64,000 bases of DNA from Nitrospiraceae bacterium (GTDB lineage: Bacteria; Nitrospirota; Nitrospiria; Nitrospirales; Nitrospiraceae). The DNA is taken from positions 40,366 to 104,365 of the forward strand of contig JBFWWG010000013.1 of the NCBI GenBank assembly GCA_050246315.1, given 5' to 3'. Shown piece by piece: positions 59,711 through 64,000 of this stretch. Below the pieces are notes generated by a model that worked only from the letters and a program-made list of their open reading frames with translations, searched no databases and was not told where the DNA came from. Numbering within the stretch: the first letter of the stretch is position 1; every line of letters begins with the position of its first letter. The translations under genes were made by a program, and so were the position numbers.

Positions 59711-60334
59711 ATGCGCACAGGTATGAACATGTGGCACGCCGTCGCCGGTCTGCTGGCGTTGTGCTTCTGGGCGGAGCCGGTCTGGGCGCTGGAGTTCACC
59801 GCAGACCAGATCGTCAAGAGCAACGGACGGACCAGGAAGACCGTCATGTACTATCGCGACGACATGTGGCGGCTTGAGCATCATGACCTGGGGCCCGTCA
59901 ACGTCACGATTGTTCGCAAAGACAAGCAACTCATGTGGCTGTTGCTCTCGCGCATGAAGCATTTCAAGACCGTGCCCTACGATCCGGCGATGGCGCCCAA
60001 GATCGGGGAGAAACTCGAGGGCGAAACGGGACGGGAGGAGATTGGGACGGAGGTGTTCGACGGGCATCCGACCATTCTCTATGAGGTGACGACGCAGACG
60101 GCCGAGGGCACGGAACAGTACTATCAATGGCTAGCCACGGACCTGCGGTTCCCCGTAAAGTTGGCCAAAAAAGACGCCAGTTGGATTGTCGAGTATCGGC
60201 ACTTGAAAATGCGGACGGTCTCGGATTATTTGTTTCAACTGCCGGTGAATTTCCAACCGCTGGAATCGTACGATCAGGAGTCACCATCGGAGCCCAAACA
60301 GGAAGAACAGCCGGAATCCGAACCGGGCATGTAA
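59711..60334 (+). CDS. Secreted DUF4412-like protein
   Basis: Signal VWA-LEFTAD, IVRKDK, GTEVFDGHPT, WLATDLRFPVK, LFQLP. Confidence 0.7.
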   Translation: MRTGMNMWHAVAGLLALCFWAEPVWALEFTADQIVKSNGRTRKTVMYYRDDMWRLEHHDLGPVNVTIVRKDKQLMWLLLSRMKHFKTVPYDPAMAPKIGEKLEGETGREEIGTEVFDGHPTILYEVTTQTAEGTEQYYQWLATDLRFPVKLAKKDASWIVEYRHLKMRTVSDYLFQLPVNFQPLESYDQESPSEPKQEEQPESEPGM

Positions 60335-60365
60335 CCAAGTCAACAGGAGAGAGGATGCAGGGGCA

Positions 60366-61319
60366 ATGAAGAAGCATCAAGCGAAACATCTCGCGGGCGT
60401 GGGAGGCGGACTGTGTGTGCTGGGACTGTCGGCGGTCGGGTTGGTGTGGGCCCTGGATGTCGGGGACGTCAAACAGGAGTGGACGCCGGACGGCAAGAAG
60501 CTTGCGGCGGAACGGATCAAACTTCCGGCGCACGACGAGATGATCTTGATTCCGGCCGGCGAGTTTCTGATGGGGAGCAACAAGAAGGTCGATAGGGTCG
60601 CCTACCAGGCGGAGATGCCTCAGCGGTCGATCTATCTCGATGCCTACGAAATCGACAAGTACGAAGTGACCACCATCCAATATTTGAAGTACGTGCTGGC
60701 GAACGATTTGCCGCCGCAGGTGGATTGGAAATTCGACGGTGGAAACTTCCAAGACACCATGGTCAACCATCCGATCATGCACGTGACCTGGTTCGAGGCC
60801 GAGGCCTACTGTAAGTGGGCGGGGAAGCGCCTGCCGACCGAAGCCGAATGGGAAAAGGCGGCGCGCGGCATGGACGGCCGGATCTACCCCTGGGGCAATC
60901 AACCGGCCGGGCTGACGCGATCCAACTTTGGACGGACGGGCCTCTCCGGCCCGGTCCGCGACCGCCCGGAACGGCTGCTGCTTTATCCACCGATCATTTC
61001 CGTGGATAAATACGACAACGCCCTGAGCCCCTACGGCCTGTTCCAAACAGTCGGCAATGTGGCTGAATGGGTGGCGGATTGGTACTACAAGGACTATTAC
61101 AAGACGGGTCCCGATCGAAATCCCAAGGGTCCTGAAAAAGGGACGCACAAGGCCTTTCGAGGAGGCGGCTGGATCGACAGCACGCCGGCGGTTCGGACAA
61201 CCCAGCGAAACGGGACCGATCCGCAAACCTCTATGAACTGGCTCGGCTTCCGTTGCGCGCGGGACGTGCAGGACCAAAAAAGCGCGGCTGTCCCGTCGGT
61301 CTCACAGAGCACGCCTTAA
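60366..61319 (+). CDS. Formylglycine-generating-enzyme (SUMF1)-fold protein, exported
   Basis: IPAGEFLMGS, IDKYEVT, GKRLPTEAEWEKAARG, SPYGL...GNVAEWVADWY, GFRCA. Confidence 0.9.
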   Translation: MKKHQAKHLAGVGGGLCVLGLSAVGLVWALDVGDVKQEWTPDGKKLAAERIKLPAHDEMILIPAGEFLMGSNKKVDRVAYQAEMPQRSIYLDAYEIDKYEVTTIQYLKYVLANDLPPQVDWKFDGGNFQDTMVNHPIMHVTWFEAEAYCKWAGKRLPTEAEWEKAARGMDGRIYPWGNQPAGLTRSNFGRTGLSGPVRDRPERLLLYPPIISVDKYDNALSPYGLFQTVGNVAEWVADWYYKDYYKTGPDRNPKGPEKGTHKAFRGGGWIDSTPAVRTTQRNGTDPQTSMNWLGFRCARDVQDQKSAAVPSVSQSTP

Positions 61320-62324
61320 CCATCCTTCGAGTCCAAGAGGCAGGGGCCGGCAGGCGAATCTGACTTGGCCCTGGCCCTCGTTCGAACCGTGACTGGCAGA
61401 GGGAGAGCGGCAGTCATCCCTTGCATGCTCGCGGAATGCGCACATAAGTATGCGCCGCGGATCTGAAACGACCGGGAGCGCGCACGCTGGCCCCGTCATC
61501 TTGTCAGAAGCCAAGCGCGATGGACCTCGAGTGGAGAATGATTTCCGGATTGTGGTCGGTGTGGTGTTACAGAAGCCCGTTCGTGGTGCGCCTGTCGAAC
61601 TATGGACAGAACGACTCAAGATGCCTGGCCCTTCGACGCGCTGCTATGTGGACGATCACCGGAATTTCAGGAACCCAACACCGAACCCACATGGTTCATG
61701 AACGCGTCTACTGCAACCGCCGTGCGATCCGTTGCCGCCTAGGAGCAACAGGTGCCCCGGCTGCGACGAGCCATGACAGCCGAAGGTGTTTTCCGGCGGC
61801 GTATCAAACACTGAGGAAGGGACACGCCCGTAGGGTGCTTCTCCGTCGGCGCAGTTACGAAAATACGATGAATAGCCGACGGTTCAAGCGAAGCTTGGTA
61901 TGGAGGGGCTCGGCCCGACGAGCCGCCGGCTCACACGAAGTGCCGTATGGCGTGCAGGCTCGCCGCTCGGTCGGTTGACGTATTGATTCAGGTACGCCTT
62001 CCTTCCTCACTGCTTCGCGTGGGAGTACCCGTGCACCCCCGAGCAATAGGTGCCTCGGGTTTTCTCGGCTGAGCACGATACAGATGGCTGTCGATCGTTG
62101 GTCGCAGTAGAAAGGTCAATGGCGGACAGGCTCCTCGATCAGCCAATGCTCCGCTCAGTGATCTTGCAGCGCGAACCCGCCCCTCACTGTTGAGGCCGTT
62201 CTTTCATTTCTTGATGGACGGAGACGCGATTCAAGATTTGGCCCTCCATAGGTCATGACCTCCCAGACTCGCACTCAAGAGTAGTGGTGGCCTGCCCGAA
62301 CGCGTCCACCACAGTTGGCCTATG

Positions 62325-62921
62325 CTATTGGGGGAGAGAAAGCGTGACAAGAATCCCACCCATCACGTCTCCCGCCTTGAAATCTCTCTTTGGGCTATTT
62401 CGGTGCACATTATGGCAACTGGCGCACTGTGATGACAGCGCCTTATCGGGATACAGCGCTTGGAAGACACGGGCGCTTCCTTCGGTGGTCACGCCTGCAT
62501 AGGGGCGATCGGGATTCAGGAGGATCCTCATAAGGGCCGTCCGTTCGAACTCCGTTGTCGGACCGTTACTCTTGTTTATCGGCCAATTGCTGATCAGCCG
62601 GAATCGTACCCCGCTAGATTGTTTCGCCACGAGCCGTCCCGATTCGAGCAAAAATTGGGCGGGTAAGGGGAGCTCGCCATCTTCTCTCCAATGTTCGGAA
62701 GGAAACATCACGCCTCGTGCCTGCATTCGGTCCACAATCTCGGTCGAGTAAAAAGCTCGATCCGCCTGGATCACGCTATGGATATAATCCGCCACAGTTC
62801 CGGGGGCGATGCCCTTGAGCGAATCCGTCTCCTTGCCTGCCGCGGAGAACACCCACTGACCGATTAGGCAAGTGGAAATCGTTCCAACAGCAAGTCCTGA
62901 CCAGAACCCTCTCATCTTCAT
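62325..62921 (-). CDS. DUF3365 (Tll0287-like) c-type heme protein
   Basis: N-terminal anchor, LPLPAQFL, LISNWPINKSN.P..EFE, CASCH heme motif, FKAGDVMGG. Confidence 0.88.
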   Translation of the reverse strand: MKMRGFWSGLAVGTISTCLIGQWVFSAAGKETDSLKGIAPGTVADYIHSVIQADRAFYSTEIVDRMQARGVMFPSEHWREDGELPLPAQFLLESGRLVAKQSSGVRFRLISNWPINKSNGPTTEFERTALMRILLNPDRPYAGVTTEGSARVFQALYPDKALSSQCASCHNVHRNSPKRDFKAGDVMGGILVTLSLPQ

Positions 62922-63321
62922 GATGCGTCCTCCATTTCTTGTTCCTCGTAGTTTCTGATGTCGGAATGTCCTGAGATTCCTTTCACTCTTGGGTCGCTCA
63001 ACCGACCAGATCGATACCCGCATTGTGGCTATGAGATACGACCTCCTATCAGGATGATTGCACGCGCTGAAAGAGACCCTCATCACCCATCCGCGCAGCA
63101 ATAATCAAGTCATGGCGTCGAGACATTGTCAAGACTTGGGGATTGCGATTCATCAGGCGACGATCGTGCCAGCCTTCTTTTCCGCTCTCGACTCCGCTCG
63201 TTCGAGCTGGAGGTCATCGTGGCGTACGACACCCACCCGGACGAATGAGACCTGCTCGGAGAGATGAGCCGACGTCACGTGCGCTGTGCCGCGTACGAGA
63301 GCCTAAAGGCCATAGTCAGGC

Positions 63322-63392
63322 CGGCACTGCTGCATGCGGGTTTCGGACAAGACCTCTCGGACAGCGGCCCAGAACCCCAGCGCCCCGTCGCT
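63322..63392 (-). pseudogene. IS256-family transposase fragment
   Basis: Minus strand reads SDGALGFWAAVREVLSETRMQQC, resembling the IS256 GDGALGFW..L.EV.P..R.QRC motif. Confidence 0.7.
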
Positions 63393-63740
63393 CATTCCGG
63401 TGACAGCGGGGGATCGGGTGAAGACCGACCGCCGGGATGCGCTCATGCGGGCGAAGCTCTAGCGGGCGGGGGAACCGACGGTCGTGCAGATATGCTGGCG
63501 GGCGAGCAGGAGACCCTGCGGGACCTCTGCCGCGCGCGGGAGGATGCGAAGCAGGCGGAGTTGGTGGCACGGCAACGAATCCAGGCGGTTCTGCTCCGAT
63601 ACGCCCTCGGCTATGGAGGCGAGAACTGGAGTCCCGCCCCCATGCGTTGGTGAGCCGAGCGCGCGATGGCGAGCGCTCCGCAACCGATCGTCTCTGAAGA
63701 ATACGTGCGCGCGGTGAGGGAGGCCACGGAGCAAGCCCAG
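63382..63740 (+). pseudogene. IS110-family transposase remnant
   Basis: APSLIPVTAGDRVKTDRRDALMRAKL*RAGE, then after a frameshift EQETLRDLCRAREDAK..ARQRI...W*...EEYVRAV; stops and a frameshift are present. Confidence 0.8.
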
Positions 63741-63875
63741 GGTGACGTCAGGCCGGGAGACCGAACCGAACGAAGCGGGTAGCTCTCGATCGGGCGAGGA
63801 GGTCGCGCCGACCCACGCGGCAGCGCGAGCCCTAGATTCTAGACCGAGCCACAAAGATGAAGGATGGGGTCATGT

Positions 63876-64000
63876 TGAGGTGGCCCCGGAATAACAGACA
63901 CGTGAATTACGCACCACTCTCCTGCCGTTCGAACTCCTCTGGACTGCGATAGCCCAGTGCTTGATGTAACCGTTCTTGGTTGTAGAACACCTCGATATAC
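63876..64000 (-). mobile_element. Right end of an IS3-family element (extends beyond the window)
   Basis: Terminal repeat TGAGGTGGCCCCGGAATAACAGACAC (63876-63901) just past the transposase stop. Confidence 0.85.
63907..64000 (-). CDS. IS3-family transposase OrfB, C-terminus (partial)
   Basis: YIEVFYNQERLHQALGYRSPEEFERQESGA*. Confidence 0.9.
   Translation of the reverse strand, partial: YIEVFYNQERLHQALGYRSPEEFERQESGA

Noticed and set aside
61640..61710. Minus-strand PEIPVIVH resembling a receiver-domain fragment
   Set aside because: Too short, and flanking sequence does not continue the match.

Overview
GC-rich bacterial chromosomal window. Gene content and repeat style suggest Nitrospira/Nitrospirota (inference). 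All family calls come from motifs recognised by eye, not database searches. Left to right: a coupled zinc-metallopeptidase / Ddl-like ATP-grasp pair; a secreted TPR protein and an unknown lipoprotein; a frameshifted lytic transglycosylase pseudogene; a ~17 kb alpha-glucan/trehalose cluster (CBM48 protein, glgC, treY, DUF5752, treS, treT-like, degenerate GT2, TM-helix protein, glgE, maltokinase, glgB); two convergent heavy-metal RND efflux operons (the first led by a small exported ORF ending in an 'RPP' motif, the second lacking an outer-membrane factor and followed by mpgP); a nuclease; a 1405-aa TPR/acidic-linker/membrane protein; amidohydrolase, AIM24, M48 peptidase and phosphoesterase genes; an envelope cluster (two tandem TRL-like lipoproteins, beta-barrel, DUF3015, DUF4105/Lnb-like Cys-His enzyme, ABHD17-like hydrolase); PilZ, mlaA, kbl-tdh, TonB-C protein, yceI, ADH, DUF4412, FGE-like and DUF3365 heme protein genes; and IS256/IS110 remnants plus the end of an IS3 element. 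Best candidates for undescribed systems are the TRL-DUF3015-DUF4105-hydrolase lipoprotein acylation/export module, the RPP leader ORF of the czc-like operon, and the peptidase/ATP-grasp pair. Also noted: repeated signatures of leaderless genes, MITE-like ends and heptamer hairpin repeats. No rRNA, tRNA or CRISPR array was recognised.
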